Assembly (NCBI GenBank): GCA_018302125.1
Contig: JAGWAC010000003.1
Location: 2,206 to 66,205, forward strand
Source of the DNA: Candidatus Woesearchaeota archaeon
GTDB taxonomy: Archaea; Nanobdellota; Nanobdellia; SCGC-AAA011-G17; JACPIM01
DNA length: 64,000 nucleotides
Direction of reading: 5' to 3'
Shown: positions 1 to 11,171 of the stretch, one piece after another
Layout of the letters: each line of letters opens with the position of its first letter
How positions within the stretch are numbered: position 1 is the first letter of the stretch
Made by a program: the position numbers and the translations under genes
The notes under the pieces: generated by a model
What the model saw: only the letters and a program-made list of their open reading frames with translations
Database searches by the model: none
Told to the model about the DNA's origin: nothing

Positions 1-1382
1 ATCCTTGTAGAGCCAGAAGCATATCTTTCTTTAATCTGTCCAAATGTGTTTGAAGCAAATTTAGTATATAATAATAAATTATCTACAAAAACAGGGTCTT
101 CTATCCAAGGAAACATCTTGGATGTTGGTGCAAATACCATCTCTGAATAATTATCAGCCCACCCCTCCAGAGTTTGAGGTTCTTTCCATCCTAAACTAAG
201 TGCATGGTCAAACATCTCCCCCCCAGGATAAGGCCTGTAAGGTTGTGGTCCTATTATAAAAGAAATTGGATCTAATTTCTTTATTTTCTTGATAAGCTTG
301 ATTGTTTTTATCATTTCTTCTTTTGTTTCATTAGGCAATCCTATCATAAAAGAATAATTTCCCCTAATGCCCCAATTATGGCAAATCCTAACCATGTTCA
401 ATACATCTTCAATAGTATTGTCTTTTTTTATCATGTCAAGCATTCTCTGGCTGCCGCTTTCTGCGCCTATTCCTAATTCGCTGCAGCCACTCTCCTTAAT
501 ATATCTCATCATTTCATCATCTATAAGGCCCCTTCTAAAATAATCTGCCTTGCAGTTTGCACGCCAGTCAATTTTAATGTTCCTTTCAATTAATCCGTTT
601 AATATTCTTTTTACTCTCTCCTTGTCAACAAAAAATAACTCATCTCTGAATCTAATTTTAGAAATTCCTAATTTATTGTAAACATAAAATAATTCCCCTA
701 GAACTTTTTCTGGATTTTTTCCTCTCCATCTGTTTTTTGTAACAACATTTATGCAGAAAGTGCATCTGTGTGGACATCCCCTACTTGTAGTCACTGGAAA
801 AAATGTATCTGTGTCATTATGCCTGTATAAGTCTAGCATTTCTTCATCTAATAAACTATAGTCAATCATGGGTAATTTATTGACATCTATAAGTGGTTGG
901 ACTGGACTCAGTATCATTTGTCCATTTTTTTTAAATCCAATTCCATTTATGTGTTCATAAGAAGTATTGTTTTTTATAGCTAAATAAAGATTGTATAATG
1001 GTTCTTCCCCCTCGCCAATAACAATAAAATCAATATCTTTATGCTTGATAGTTTGATGTGGATATAAAGTTGAGTGAGCCCCGCCCCAGACAAATTTGGC
1101 ATTTGGATTTACAGATCTTATGATATTCATGATTTCAAAAGCAGACGTGATTTGGGCATTCATAACACCCATTCCAACTAAAATTGCATCTTTTGCAAAT
1201 TCCTTTACATAATCTTCATATTTTTCTCTGACAGAACAGTCTAATATCTTAACCTTAACTCCTTTTGCCACCAGATATGAACCTAGTTCAAGAAGATCAA
1301 CTGGTATATTTTGATAAAACTGAAAACTCTTCTGATTAAATCCAGGATTTATAAGTAAGACCTCAAATTTCTCTTTTTCCAT
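1..1382 (-). CDS. B12-binding (class B) radical SAM protein, C-terminus cut by window edge; not in ORF track because it is incomplete
   Basis: Minus-strand translation from ATG ~1382: MEKEKFEVLLINPGFNQ... with TSRGCPHRCTFC (CxxxCxxC) and N-terminal B12-binding-like region; continuous ORF to position 1. Confidence 0.7.
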   Translation of the reverse strand, partial: MEKEKFEVLLINPGFNQKSFQFYQNIPVDLLELGSYLVAKGVKVKILDCSVREKYEDYVKEFAKDAILVGMGVMNAQITSAFEIMNIIRSVNPNAKFVWGGAHSTLYPHQTIKHKDIDFIVIGEGEEPLYNLYLAIKNNTSYEHINGIGFKKNGQMILSPVQPLIDVNKLPMIDYSLLDEEMLDLYRHNDTDTFFPVTTSRGCPHRCTFCINVVTKNRWRGKNPEKVLGELFYVYNKLGISKIRFRDELFFVDKERVKRILNGLIERNIKIDWRANCKADYFRRGLIDDEMMRYIKESGCSELGIGAESGSQRMLDMIKKDNTIEDVLNMVRICHNWGIRGNYSFMIGLPNETKEEMIKTIKLIKKIKKLDPISFIIGPQPYRPYPGGEMFDHALSLGWKEPQTLEGWADNYSEMVFAPTSKMFPWIEDPVFVDNLLLYTKFASNTFGQIKERYASGSTR

Positions 1383-1531
1383 GTCAATAATTCCCCATTT
1401 AATTAGTTAGTAACCAAATTCCATATAAATAATAAACTATTGTTAATTTTATTTATAATTTATGTTTATATATTTTTCGAAAGTTTTGGCTTTACACATA
1501 AATGGATGTTATTGCAGTTAATTCAGACTTT

Positions 1532-2380
1532 TTACATTTTCAAGCCATTATCTAATGTCAGCATATCATCCCTGTCCAAAACCCACTTCTCAGCAGCATC
1601 TAAATTTTCTTTTAGATGTTCAAGACTTAAAGTCTTTGGTATTGTAACAACATTATATTTGGAAATAAGCCATTTTATGGCAATTTGAGATTGTGTTTTT
1701 TTGTATTTCTCAGACATTTCATCTAATATTTTAATTCCAGGTCTTGCTAGTTTTCCTTTTGCTAAAGACCTATAAGCTATAATAATTATCTTGTTTTTTT
1801 GACAATAAGGGATTATCCTTGATTCCATATTCTTAGTAAATTTTCCATAATCCCTGACCAATAAATTATACTCTATTTGGTTTGCAGATATTTTATTTTC
1901 GCTGTTGTCTTGTGCTTCTTTTAATTCTTCAACAGAAAAGTTGCTGACTCCTATGAATCTTGCTAAGCCATTAAAAACTAAATAGTCCATTGCTTTCATA
2001 GTCTCATGCATGGGAATTTCTTTATTATATCCATGTATTAAATACAGGTCAATATAATTTGTTCTCAATCTTTGCAAGCTCTTTTTTGCAGAATTTATTA
2101 AGTCTTTATATCCTAGGTTTTGTGGTGAAACCTTGCTTGTTATAAACAGGCTTTCTCTATTAAAAGTTTTTATAGCCTTTCCTATTAATCTTTCACAACA
2201 GCCGTTTCCATAAATCTCTGCTGTATCAATATGTTTTACCCCGAGAGAAATAGCTTGTTTTAAAAAATTAACACTTTTCCTGTTTTTAAAAATAATTGTA
2301 TCTAAAAGTCTTCCTATTCCCCCTGTACCCAAACCTATTGGTGGTATTTTAATGTTGTTGTATAACTTTTTATATTTCAT
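1532..2380 (-). CDS. aldo/keto reductase family oxidoreductase
   Basis: Motifs IGLGT, DTAEIYG, IDLYLIH, GVSNF typical of AKR superfamily. Confidence 0.8.
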   Translation of the reverse strand: MKYKKLYNNIKIPPIGLGTGGIGRLLDTIIFKNRKSVNFLKQAISLGVKHIDTAEIYGNGCCERLIGKAIKTFNRESLFITSKVSPQNLGYKDLINSAKKSLQRLRTNYIDLYLIHGYNKEIPMHETMKAMDYLVFNGLARFIGVSNFSVEELKEAQDNSENKISANQIEYNLLVRDYGKFTKNMESRIIPYCQKNKIIIIAYRSLAKGKLARPGIKILDEMSEKYKKTQSQIAIKWLISKYNVVTIPKTLSLEHLKENLDAAEKWVLDRDDMLTLDNGLKM

Positions 2381-2582
2381 AAAAATAAATCTCTCTTGGG
2401 TAAATTCCTATTTTTAGATTCCAAGTTAGTGGGGCCTTTAAAAACTTCTGTTCTAATTCTTCTGTAGCTAATTTTTAACAGATGCTATAAATCCGAAAAG
2501 CTTTTAGATATAGACTTGCTTAATGACATTTTATCGCTATTAAAGAAAGTGTATCAAGTTCTCAGGCTTAAAAAAATTATAA

Positions 2583-4397
2583 CTAGATTTGAATATTTCG
2601 GAAATAATAACTTTCCTTTCCTGATAGCGAAATACAATTAATTTTTTGTTTTCTGCATGAATCTTCCACTTTCTTTGCAATAATCATGCTCTTAAAATAT
2701 ATTTCTATAAATGGTCCTGGCTTATTTCTAAATATTATATCCGGAGGAAATGGGGCAGTGCCAGATTGTTGGGAAAAAGGAACCTGTTCTTTAGGGGCAA
2801 TAAATGGAGATATTTGAATAACATATAATCCTTCAAAATTTTTATAATCTTTTTTTATGTCATTGGGGAGTCCATAATAGTTTTCATAAGTCATATTTTG
2901 ATTACCAGACCTATGACTATATATCACTCTGTCATGAGAGAAACTATCAAATGCAAAAATATCTGCCTCAGATTCCAGAACATTTGTATTAATACTCTTT
3001 GCCCATAAATTCTTGCCAATTGCAATGTTTGAATTATTATAAAGAACATCACTTAAATATGTTCCATAATAAATATTCAATGTGATATTATTTAATCCAG
3101 CCTCATTAAACACATTTAATAAATCAGTCCTTGTATCAATTTCACGTAAGAGCAGGTCATGCTTAATAGAATCCCTTATATTTGGGTATAAAGAAACAAA
3201 ACTAATCAATACTAAAAATATGATCAGAATAAATTTTAATTTTCTAAAATCTGGAGAAGCGATTTTGTTTATCAATCTCATTAAACTTACATATAGGCCA
3301 TATACTCCTAATCCGGAATATGCACCCAATATAGGAAATAATGGCAGCATATATCTGTATAAAACTGACTTTGATAAACCAATAACAAAATAAAAAAATA
3401 ATGGAAAAGTTATTACTGTAATTTTTATTAGTAAGCTTGTTCTTCGATTTAAGACAAGGTATATTGTTCCTAAAACAGATAATATTAAAGGAAATAATCC
3501 ATACCCAAGATAGAGAGATTTTGTAATATGGTCTATCCAAGAGTAATTTGTTTCACTCTCAGCCCCATACCACCCTATTTTCACAGTATTTCTTTGGATA
3601 GAATTATACGCGTTAAATGTTTTAAAATCAAGAAATATATAAGGATTTAAAATAACAAATACAAGTACAGCAGTAACTCCTATTATTAAAATATGTTTTA
3701 ATAACTGGCGATATTTTTTACGATAAGAAAATAACATGGGAGCAAGAATTGCAACAGAAACTAAGAAGCCATTGAACTTTGTTGATGAAGTAATGCCTAG
3801 AACTATGCCTAGAATAATGATTTGCTTTAAGCTCATTGGCTCGTTTTCTTTTATAAAATTTAAAACTAATAATATTGTTAATGCAACTAAAGCAGCGAAA
3901 GGAATATTTACTGTTAAAAGATGGGAATTTGTAACCCATGATAAAGATGTAGCTACAAATAAAGCTGATAGAAAAGAAATGCTGCGTTTTTTTATTATTT
4001 TGTATGCGATTAAATATGTGCAGATAATTCCCAATACAGAAAATAAAAGTATAATTAAATGTCCTGGAAATTCAAATGAAATATTATGAAAGAGGGTGTT
4101 GGTTTCAAACAGTGTTCGAAATTCAGATGTGTCGCGAATCATGCCTATTAAATAAAGAAAAATAAATAGGAAAATGTAAGTTATCATAAAAATATAGATA
4201 ACAAAGCCAGGAGAAGAAAAATAAACTGGATTTCCAAGTCTTCTGGCAGCATTAAGTGCCGGGACCAAGATTGAATCTTGTATGTTCAGCGGAAGACCCC
4301 CTATGATTCCAAGAAGAGTAGTTATAAGAGTTAATAAAATTAAATCTATTTTAAATGGTTTTAAAGAAATTAAATGTCTCTTTATTGTTTTTATCAT
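2583..4397 (-). CDS. multi-pass membrane glycosyltransferase, GT-C fold (PMT/ArnT-like) candidate
   Basis: 604 aa, >10 predicted TM helices, N-terminal loop with conserved acidic/aromatic residues as in GT39/GT83-type enzymes; sits next to sugar-modifying genes. Confidence 0.45.
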   Translation of the reverse strand: MIKTIKRHLISLKPFKIDLILLTLITTLLGIIGGLPLNIQDSILVPALNAARRLGNPVYFSSPGFVIYIFMITYIFLFIFLYLIGMIRDTSEFRTLFETNTLFHNISFEFPGHLIILLFSVLGIICTYLIAYKIIKKRSISFLSALFVATSLSWVTNSHLLTVNIPFAALVALTILLVLNFIKENEPMSLKQIIILGIVLGITSSTKFNGFLVSVAILAPMLFSYRKKYRQLLKHILIIGVTAVLVFVILNPYIFLDFKTFNAYNSIQRNTVKIGWYGAESETNYSWIDHITKSLYLGYGLFPLILSVLGTIYLVLNRRTSLLIKITVITFPLFFYFVIGLSKSVLYRYMLPLFPILGAYSGLGVYGLYVSLMRLINKIASPDFRKLKFILIIFLVLISFVSLYPNIRDSIKHDLLLREIDTRTDLLNVFNEAGLNNITLNIYYGTYLSDVLYNNSNIAIGKNLWAKSINTNVLESEADIFAFDSFSHDRVIYSHRSGNQNMTYENYYGLPNDIKKDYKNFEGLYVIQISPFIAPKEQVPFSQQSGTAPFPPDIIFRNKPGPFIEIYFKSMIIAKKVEDSCRKQKINCISLSGKESYYFRNIQI

Positions 4398-4401
4398 TTC
4401 T

Positions 4402-5469
4402 TTAGAGTTTAATTAAACTTTTTGCCATATTTCCTGCAATTGTCTGGTACGCTTCACAGGGAGTCCAGCAATTTGGGCATCGAAGAGCTTCTGCATCTTC
4501 CTGCATTCTTACTACATTAGGATCTTGCCAAAATCTTTTAAAATCATAATTAAATTCACGTATGTTTCCCAAAGGTTTTGCCCAAACTAAGCATGGAAAA
4601 ATATTTCCATAAGGATCCATAAAGCAGGATGAATTCAGCGCCTTGCAGGGAAGAGGTGATTTGCCAGTTTCTACAAATTTCTCTACAAATTTTGAATACC
4701 TGCTTTCAAAAAAGCTAACTTTCCAGTCATTTCCTTTCTTGAGTTTTCTATAGTTTCTGATTTCGTTAATAACGCTTTTATTGTATTCAACAGTTTTTTG
4801 TTGGTCAGAATTTTTAAAATAATGATTTGAAGTATGGTATAAATTCATATGTATATATTTTGGGTCTATACCATAATTTTTACCCAGGTTTTGAATAAAT
4901 GATTCTATCTTGCCCATGTTATATGGCGAAGAAGTATAACTGATAAAGACATTAAAGTGTTTATTTTCAAGTTTTTGCAGTTCGCGGAATGTTGTCAGGC
5001 ATTTGTTGAAAGAATCCTTTATTCCTCGAATTTCATTATGAGCTTCTTCATAGCCATCTAAGCTGATAGAAACTGCAAAACGTGGAATTTTTAAAGTTAG
5101 AATTTTTTTTACTTGTTCAACAATATTTTTTGTATCAAACCCATTTGTTGTTGTATGCACAACATAAAGTTCATCATTGTATTCTGTAATTGATTTTAGA
5201 ATTTGATAAACATCTCTAATAAACGGTTCTCCCCCAGTAAGTTGCAGCCAGGAAGATTTGGAATTTTTAAAAATATTTCCGATTTCTTCATAGCTAAGTT
5301 CTCCATCTTTTATCTTTTTGGGGTTTGCTAAATAATTCCTGCCAATGTTACAGGTTTTACATAAAAATGTACATGCATAAGTTATTGCAAAAGTAATCTT
5401 GCACGGGCTAGAAAGTCTTTTATAATTTGACATTAAAAGTTTTTTTGAAATTGAATAAAGAGGTTTCAT
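4402..5469 (-). CDS. radical SAM protein with C-terminal SPASM/twitch Cys-rich domain
   Basis: CTFLCKTC (CxxxCxxC) near N-terminus; C-terminal CKALNSSC...CPNCWTPC cysteine cluster. Confidence 0.8.
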   Translation of the reverse strand: MKPLYSISKKLLMSNYKRLSSPCKITFAITYACTFLCKTCNIGRNYLANPKKIKDGELSYEEIGNIFKNSKSSWLQLTGGEPFIRDVYQILKSITEYNDELYVVHTTTNGFDTKNIVEQVKKILTLKIPRFAVSISLDGYEEAHNEIRGIKDSFNKCLTTFRELQKLENKHFNVFISYTSSPYNMGKIESFIQNLGKNYGIDPKYIHMNLYHTSNHYFKNSDQQKTVEYNKSVINEIRNYRKLKKGNDWKVSFFESRYSKFVEKFVETGKSPLPCKALNSSCFMDPYGNIFPCLVWAKPLGNIREFNYDFKRFWQDPNVVRMQEDAEALRCPNCWTPCEAYQTIAGNMAKSLIKL

Positions 5470-6045
5470 TTTAAATAATAACCTTTCAGTTTTTTAATTT
5501 AAATAATTATCGAAAATTATTTCTTGCAGGCTGGATTTTCTTGTACAAGTTTTTTTAAATTTCTGTTTAAATTCTCTTTAATATAGATATTTCACCTATC
5601 TAAAAAAGTTTAATTAAAAATTTCCTTAATTGAAAAATGTAAAGTAAACCTTTAAAGTATACACTTCTCAAAATCAATTAATTCTGTCAATAAGCTTCCT
5701 AAATTCATTTTTAGAAGATAAAATTGTATACTTGAGAGTGCACATTGTTTTCAAGTCAATTTGTAATATTGTCAGTTACTCATTAAATCTTAAAAGTTCT
5801 GAGAACTTTTCCATAAGACTGTATACTTAACAACTTTACTTAACATAAAAGGGCTCTGTATAATTAACTAATGGTGGAGAAATTCTTTCTCTCAAAAGTG
5901 TGAAATTTTGTCGTTTTAAGCTAATCTCATTTTTTTCAAATGAACTTTTATTTATAAAATTAAAGTCCCTAAATATATAGGCTTATTTTAAGATATATTC
6001 AAAGCTTTAAAAGGCCTTGTAAAAAAATAAATATTTGGGGTTTAT

Positions 6046-7461
6046 ATGGATAAAAAAAAAGTATTATTAATTAATCCATCAATGATGAGTGTATATGAGA
6101 AATCAGTCCTAAAAAACTCATTTCCGCACTATCCACCTCTCAATCTTCTCACAGTTGCCGGAGCGTTAAAACAAAATTCCATACCTGTTTCTCTATTAGA
6201 TCTTGACTTAATTAATAACCGCGAATTAACTGAAGTACTTCAAGAAAAATTACGCGAGGTTAATCCAGAATTAGTGGGTGTCACATTCACCACAACATTA
6301 TACAGTCAATGTGTAAAGATTGCCGAAATAATTAAGAATTACAAAAAGGATATCATTGTTGTTGCTGGTGGTTCTCATGCATCTTCAAAACCAGAAGATC
6401 TCATTACCAAAACACCGTATGATATGGCAGTTGTTGGTGAGGGAGAATTTACTCTTGCTGAAGTCATGACTAAACCAAAAGAACAATGGAACACAATTAA
6501 AGGACTTGTCTATAAAGGAGATAAAGGAGAAATTATCAAAACAGAAAAACGTCCATTTATCAAGAATCTTGACGAAATTCCATTTCCCATGTATGAAATT
6601 ATCAATATCTATAACTATAACATTCCGCCAAGTTTCAGAAGAAAAACACCAACAGCTTGTATGGAAACAAGTAGAGGCTGTCTATGGGGATGCACTTATT
6701 GTAACAAGTCTGTCTTTGGAAGAAATTTCCGTGTAAAAAGTCCTGAGCGAACAGTCAAGGAAATTGAACAATTAGTTTCTCTTGGTTATAAAGAAATCCA
6801 CATCGTTGATGACATGTTCACGACTAACAAAGAACGTGTCAAAGAAATTTGTCGTCTTCTTATTGAAAAAAATATAAATATAATCTGGGCATGTCCTAAT
6901 GGCATACGCGCAGATAGAATTGATCGAGAACTCATAAGCCTAATGAAAAAAGCAGGATGCTATCGTGTGTCCATTGGTGCAGAATCAGGAAATCAAGATG
7001 TCTTGAATGCAATTGAAAAAAATCAGACACCTCAGCAGGTTGAAGTAGCTTTCAAGATTTGCAGAGAATTAGGTATGGTCACACATGGATTCTTTATGTT
7101 CGGTCTACCAGAAGACACTGAAGAAACAATGCAGCAAACAATCGAGTTTGCAAAACGCTGTGAGCCAGATATTGCAAAATTCGGCATCATGATCCCTTTA
7201 CCTTCAACACCGATTTACGAAAAATGGAAAGAAAAACAAGCTATTACAGAAAACTGGGATGATTACGGATTCCATAAAGAAAAACCAGTTTATACTCACC
7301 CAACTCTATCACATGAAACTATAAAAAAATACTATAAAAAATCATATCGCGAGTTTTATCTGCGACCAAGCTTTATTATTCGACGTGTATTTCGTAGTCT
7401 AAAGACTGGACAAATTTTTGATGATATAAGGTTAGTGCTTGCAACAAACTGGTTTTCTTAA
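6046..7461 (+). CDS. B12-binding radical SAM protein (class B)
   Basis: N-terminal Rossmann-like B12-binding region (VLLINPS...); SRGCLWGCTYC CxxxCxxC motif. Confidence 0.85.
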   Translation: MDKKKVLLINPSMMSVYEKSVLKNSFPHYPPLNLLTVAGALKQNSIPVSLLDLDLINNRELTEVLQEKLREVNPELVGVTFTTTLYSQCVKIAEIIKNYKKDIIVVAGGSHASSKPEDLITKTPYDMAVVGEGEFTLAEVMTKPKEQWNTIKGLVYKGDKGEIIKTEKRPFIKNLDEIPFPMYEIINIYNYNIPPSFRRKTPTACMETSRGCLWGCTYCNKSVFGRNFRVKSPERTVKEIEQLVSLGYKEIHIVDDMFTTNKERVKEICRLLIEKNINIIWACPNGIRADRIDRELISLMKKAGCYRVSIGAESGNQDVLNAIEKNQTPQQVEVAFKICRELGMVTHGFFMFGLPEDTEETMQQTIEFAKRCEPDIAKFGIMIPLPSTPIYEKWKEKQAITENWDDYGFHKEKPVYTHPTLSHETIKKYYKKSYREFYLRPSFIIRRVFRSLKTGQIFDDIRLVLATNWFS

Positions 7462-7548
7462 ATGATCAAGATTAAACCAGCAAAGCCAAAAATTTTATAA
7501 AAAGGGGAATCATTTTTTTATTAAAAATAAAAAAAGAAGTTAAAAAAA

Positions 7549-8910
7549 ATGCTGCAAAAAAGAAAAGTACTGATGGTTTATTGTTATGCTAAAGCAACGC
7601 AGGGAAAACTAAGGGATGTTGGTGGAGCACACCCACCTATTGGGTTACTATATGCAGCCGCGTCTATTGAGAAAGCAGAACACAATGTAAAAGTTTCTGA
7701 TGAATTAGTAAATGATGATACTGAAAAAATTATTGAAGAATTTAAACCTGACACTTTATGTTTAAGTGTAAATACTCCTTGTGTGCCTAGAGCAAAAGCT
7801 CTTGTGGAGTTTGGAAAAAAACATGGTGTAATGCTTTTTATAGCTGGTGGTGCTCATGCAGTAAACGAACCCAAAAGTTGTATAGTTGATATTGGAGTAA
7901 ATGTTGCTGTAATGAATGAAGGTGAAGTAATACTTCCTAAACTTCTCAATAAAAATGACTGGAGTAAAATTAAAGGCATTACTTATAAAAATAATAAAGG
8001 AGAAATTATCAATAATGGAAAGAGTGATCTTATTGAAGACCTTGACAAAATACCTTTTCCAGCACGGCACTTGATTGATTTTTCAAAATATGCTGGGACA
8101 GCTGAATTTGGATTTTTACTGCACAAAAATGAAAAATGGACTCCAGTAATAACATCAAGGGGTTGTCCTTACTTATGCACTTTCTGTGCAAATTGGAGAG
8201 TAATGGGAAGAGATACTAGGGATAGAAGTCCAGAAAATGTTTTAGAAGAGCTGAAAGAAATCAAATATACCAATGGCATGAATACTATTTTATTTCTTGA
8301 TGATACATTTACATTAAGACCAAAACGAGTAGAGAAAATATGTGAATTAATGATAAAAGAAAACCTTAACATGAAATGGTCTTGCCAAACAAGAGTTGAT
8401 GTCTCAAAAGAGCTCTTGGAACTCATGAAAAAAGCAGGATGTCAACTTGTAGCATTTGGAGTAGAATCAGGAAGCAATAAAGTTCTGCGAGCAATCAAAA
8501 AAGGAACAAATATAGACATAGTGAAAAATGCTTTTAAAATTTCGCATGAAGTTGGATTAAAAAGAAAAGCCTTTTTTATTGTTGGGCTTCCTGGAGAAGA
8601 AAAAGAAGACTTTGAGATGAGTGTAAAATTCGCAAAAGAAATTAATCCTGAGTACTTATGGGTAAGCAAGTTTGCCCCAGTCCCTGGTTCTGAATATTAT
8701 GAAAAAAATAAAGAAGATCTGAAAGATATGAAGTGGGAAGACTATGGTTATTTTAATGGAAAAACATCAAATGAAGTTGAGCAAAGACATAGGAAATTAG
8801 TAAGGTCATTTTATCTGAGACCAGCTTATCTATTTAACTTCATGAAACGATTTTCATGGCTTGAATTTGCTTATATGTTCAGAATGTTCAAAAGTTTTGT
8901 TAGAAGTTAA
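7549..8910 (+). CDS. B12-binding radical SAM protein (class B), paralog of preceding gene
   Basis: TSRGCPYLCTFC motif; same domain order as 6046..7461. Confidence 0.85.
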   Translation: MLQKRKVLMVYCYAKATQGKLRDVGGAHPPIGLLYAAASIEKAEHNVKVSDELVNDDTEKIIEEFKPDTLCLSVNTPCVPRAKALVEFGKKHGVMLFIAGGAHAVNEPKSCIVDIGVNVAVMNEGEVILPKLLNKNDWSKIKGITYKNNKGEIINNGKSDLIEDLDKIPFPARHLIDFSKYAGTAEFGFLLHKNEKWTPVITSRGCPYLCTFCANWRVMGRDTRDRSPENVLEELKEIKYTNGMNTILFLDDTFTLRPKRVEKICELMIKENLNMKWSCQTRVDVSKELLELMKKAGCQLVAFGVESGSNKVLRAIKKGTNIDIVKNAFKISHEVGLKRKAFFIVGLPGEEKEDFEMSVKFAKEINPEYLWVSKFAPVPGSEYYEKNKEDLKDMKWEDYGYFNGKTSNEVEQRHRKLVRSFYLRPAYLFNFMKRFSWLEFAYMFRMFKSFVRS

Positions 8911-9043
8911 AAAATTATATTGTATTTTTTTCAGGAAGATAAAAAATGAAGAATAAAAAATGGAAAAAAATCAGGACTCTGCAACTAGAACAATCTACCG
9001 ATATATTTAAAAAGAATATTTTCTTAGAAAAAAGTGATTCTTT

Positions 9044-10168
9044 ATGAGAGATCTTTACTTATCTTATTTATTGAAAAAATCTATAGAGGGTGACCCATTA
9101 GTTGGTTTAAAAAAAGGCCTACAATATAGTAGCCTTATTTTATCACGTGCAACAAGAAAATCTTTGGCAGGCCCATTTCATGGAGCTATTGTTGTAACTT
9201 ACAAATGTAATCTTCGATGTCCTATGTGCTTTTTGTGGAAAGGACCTGGAGAATATGATAAGCAGCATAATAAAAAAGAACTTTCTACTGAAGAAATGCA
9301 ACATTTGATTGATGATTTTGCTGCAATTGGCACTGCTGGAATTGGATTTACTGGTGGTGAACCAATTTTAAGGCCAGACATGCTTGAAATTATTAAGTAT
9401 ACAAAGAAAAAAGATATGGTTACTCATATGTCTTCCAATGGTTACATAATTGCTTCTAAAGAAATTGCAAAAAAAGTTGTTGAATCTGGGTTGGATGCTA
9501 TTGGTTTTTCTGTAGATGGAGCTTTACCAGAAACACACGATTCTATTCGTGGTAAAGGTTCTTACAAACGAGTTTTGCAAGCAATTGACAATATTATTGA
9601 ATTAAGGAAAGAATTAAAAAGCAAAATAAAAGTAGTTGTAGTTTGTGTTGTAAGCAATTATAATGTTGATCAGCTCATTAATTTGGTTAATATCCTTAAA
9701 AGAAAAGGAGTTGACCATGTCAGTTTTATGCCTTTTCATGATATAGGTTTATTTAGTTCTGGTACTGAAAATAGTGAAGAGTTTAAAATTAAGCAGGAAA
9801 AAGTAGAACGGCTAAATAAAGCAGTTGATGAACTTATTAATATTAAGAAAAAATCGAAAGCTATTGAGAATTCATTGGCTTACCTTAAACTTTTTAAAGA
9901 TGCTTTTGAACACAAAAAACTTCCCTTTTCTTGTTATGCAGGTTATGCTACCGTATGTATAGGTGCTTATGGGGACATTTATCCTTGTTTTCCTCGAATG
10001 GAAGGAGAAATTGGAAAAGGACCCAATATTCGACAAACCCCGCTCAAAGAATACTGGCATTCAAACCAAATCAGAGAAGATCGAGAAAAAGTTAGAGCAT
10101 GCAGAGAATGTTTCTGGAATAATCAAACCGAGATTAATTTATTGTTCCATCCATTTTATAAAAAATAA
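9044..10168 (+). CDS. radical SAM protein with SPASM domain
   Basis: VTYKCNLRCPMC CxxxCxxC; C-terminal CYAGYATVC...CFP...CRECF cysteine cluster. Confidence 0.8.
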   Translation: MRDLYLSYLLKKSIEGDPLVGLKKGLQYSSLILSRATRKSLAGPFHGAIVVTYKCNLRCPMCFLWKGPGEYDKQHNKKELSTEEMQHLIDDFAAIGTAGIGFTGGEPILRPDMLEIIKYTKKKDMVTHMSSNGYIIASKEIAKKVVESGLDAIGFSVDGALPETHDSIRGKGSYKRVLQAIDNIIELRKELKSKIKVVVVCVVSNYNVDQLINLVNILKRKGVDHVSFMPFHDIGLFSSGTENSEEFKIKQEKVERLNKAVDELINIKKKSKAIENSLAYLKLFKDAFEHKKLPFSCYAGYATVCIGAYGDIYPCFPRMEGEIGKGPNIRQTPLKEYWHSNQIREDREKVRACRECFWNNQTEINLLFHPFYKK

Positions 10169-10185
10169 TCTCTTCTAAAATTACT

Positions 10186-11079
10186 ATGTTGTATAAGAAC
10201 ATTTTAATAACTGGTGCTACTGGATTTATAGGAAGGCATTTGATGCATGAGCTTTCTAAACCCAAATTTAAAAAAAAATATAATTTTATTTGTTTTGTTA
10301 GGCAACCTATAAAAGCACATTTAATTTTAGGTTCTCTTGAAGATAAAAATTCACTCTTAATTGCAACAAAAAATATTGACTGCGTTATTCATCTTGCCGG
10401 TGAAACAAGAAGTTCTAAAAAAGATTTAAACTATATGACAAATATACTTGGAACAAAAAACCTGATTGAAGCTTGCCAAGAAAATAACGTGAAAAGATTA
10501 ATATTTTCCGGAACAGTGAATGCAGACTTAAACAAAAGGGGAGTTTATGGAGAATCAAAAAAACAAGCAGAAGAGTTGATAAAAAATTCCTGCCTAGATT
10601 ATGTCATTCTAAAATTAGGCCTGGTATATGGTCCTGGGGACAACCAGTTATCAAAAACACTTGCACTTGTAAAAAAACTCCCAGTCATACCTATTCCTGG
10701 AAATGGAATTAAAAGAATACAGCCCGTTTATATAGAAGATGTCGTGAAGGTTATAATCACGTGTTTAGAAATAAAGAAATTTAAAAAAAAGATATATAAT
10801 ATTGCTGGTCCATATCCAATTACATTCAATGATTATATCCAAATTGTTTTAGATTCTCTTAAACTAAAGCGTATAAAAATTCACATTCCTATTTTTTTCA
10901 TAAAATTGTTTTTACTCTTAACTGGCAGAGCTTTTGAGAATATTATCACTTCTGAAATTGTAACCTCCATAACACAAGATAAAGATGCTGATATACATGA
11001 TGCTCAATATGATTTAGGTTTTAAACCTAAAGAATTTAATGCTATGATTCCCTTTTTAATTAGTGAAAAGAAAATGTGA
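10186..11079 (+). CDS. NAD(P)-dependent sugar epimerase/dehydratase (SDR family)
   Basis: GATGFIGRHL Rossmann motif; YGESK catalytic YxxxK. Confidence 0.75.
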   Translation: MLYKNILITGATGFIGRHLMHELSKPKFKKKYNFICFVRQPIKAHLILGSLEDKNSLLIATKNIDCVIHLAGETRSSKKDLNYMTNILGTKNLIEACQENNVKRLIFSGTVNADLNKRGVYGESKKQAEELIKNSCLDYVILKLGLVYGPGDNQLSKTLALVKKLPVIPIPGNGIKRIQPVYIEDVVKVIITCLEIKKFKKKIYNIAGPYPITFNDYIQIVLDSLKLKRIKIHIPIFFIKLFLLLTGRAFENIITSEIVTSITQDKDADIHDAQYDLGFKPKEFNAMIPFLISEKKM

Positions 11080-11171
11080 TATTTATTAAATTATATAACA
11101 AATTAATTTAAGGGACTCAACAGAGTTTATTTAACAGAAGATTTAAAAATAACATATAGTTTTTCCAAAAT

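Noticed and set aside
1440-1688. 82-aa plus-strand ORF
   Set aside because: Mostly antisense to the well-supported aldo/keto reductase gene; hydrophobic low-complexity translation.
3082-4089. Four short ORFs inside 2583-4397
   Set aside because: All lie within or antisense to the 604-aa membrane glycosyltransferase gene; no motifs.
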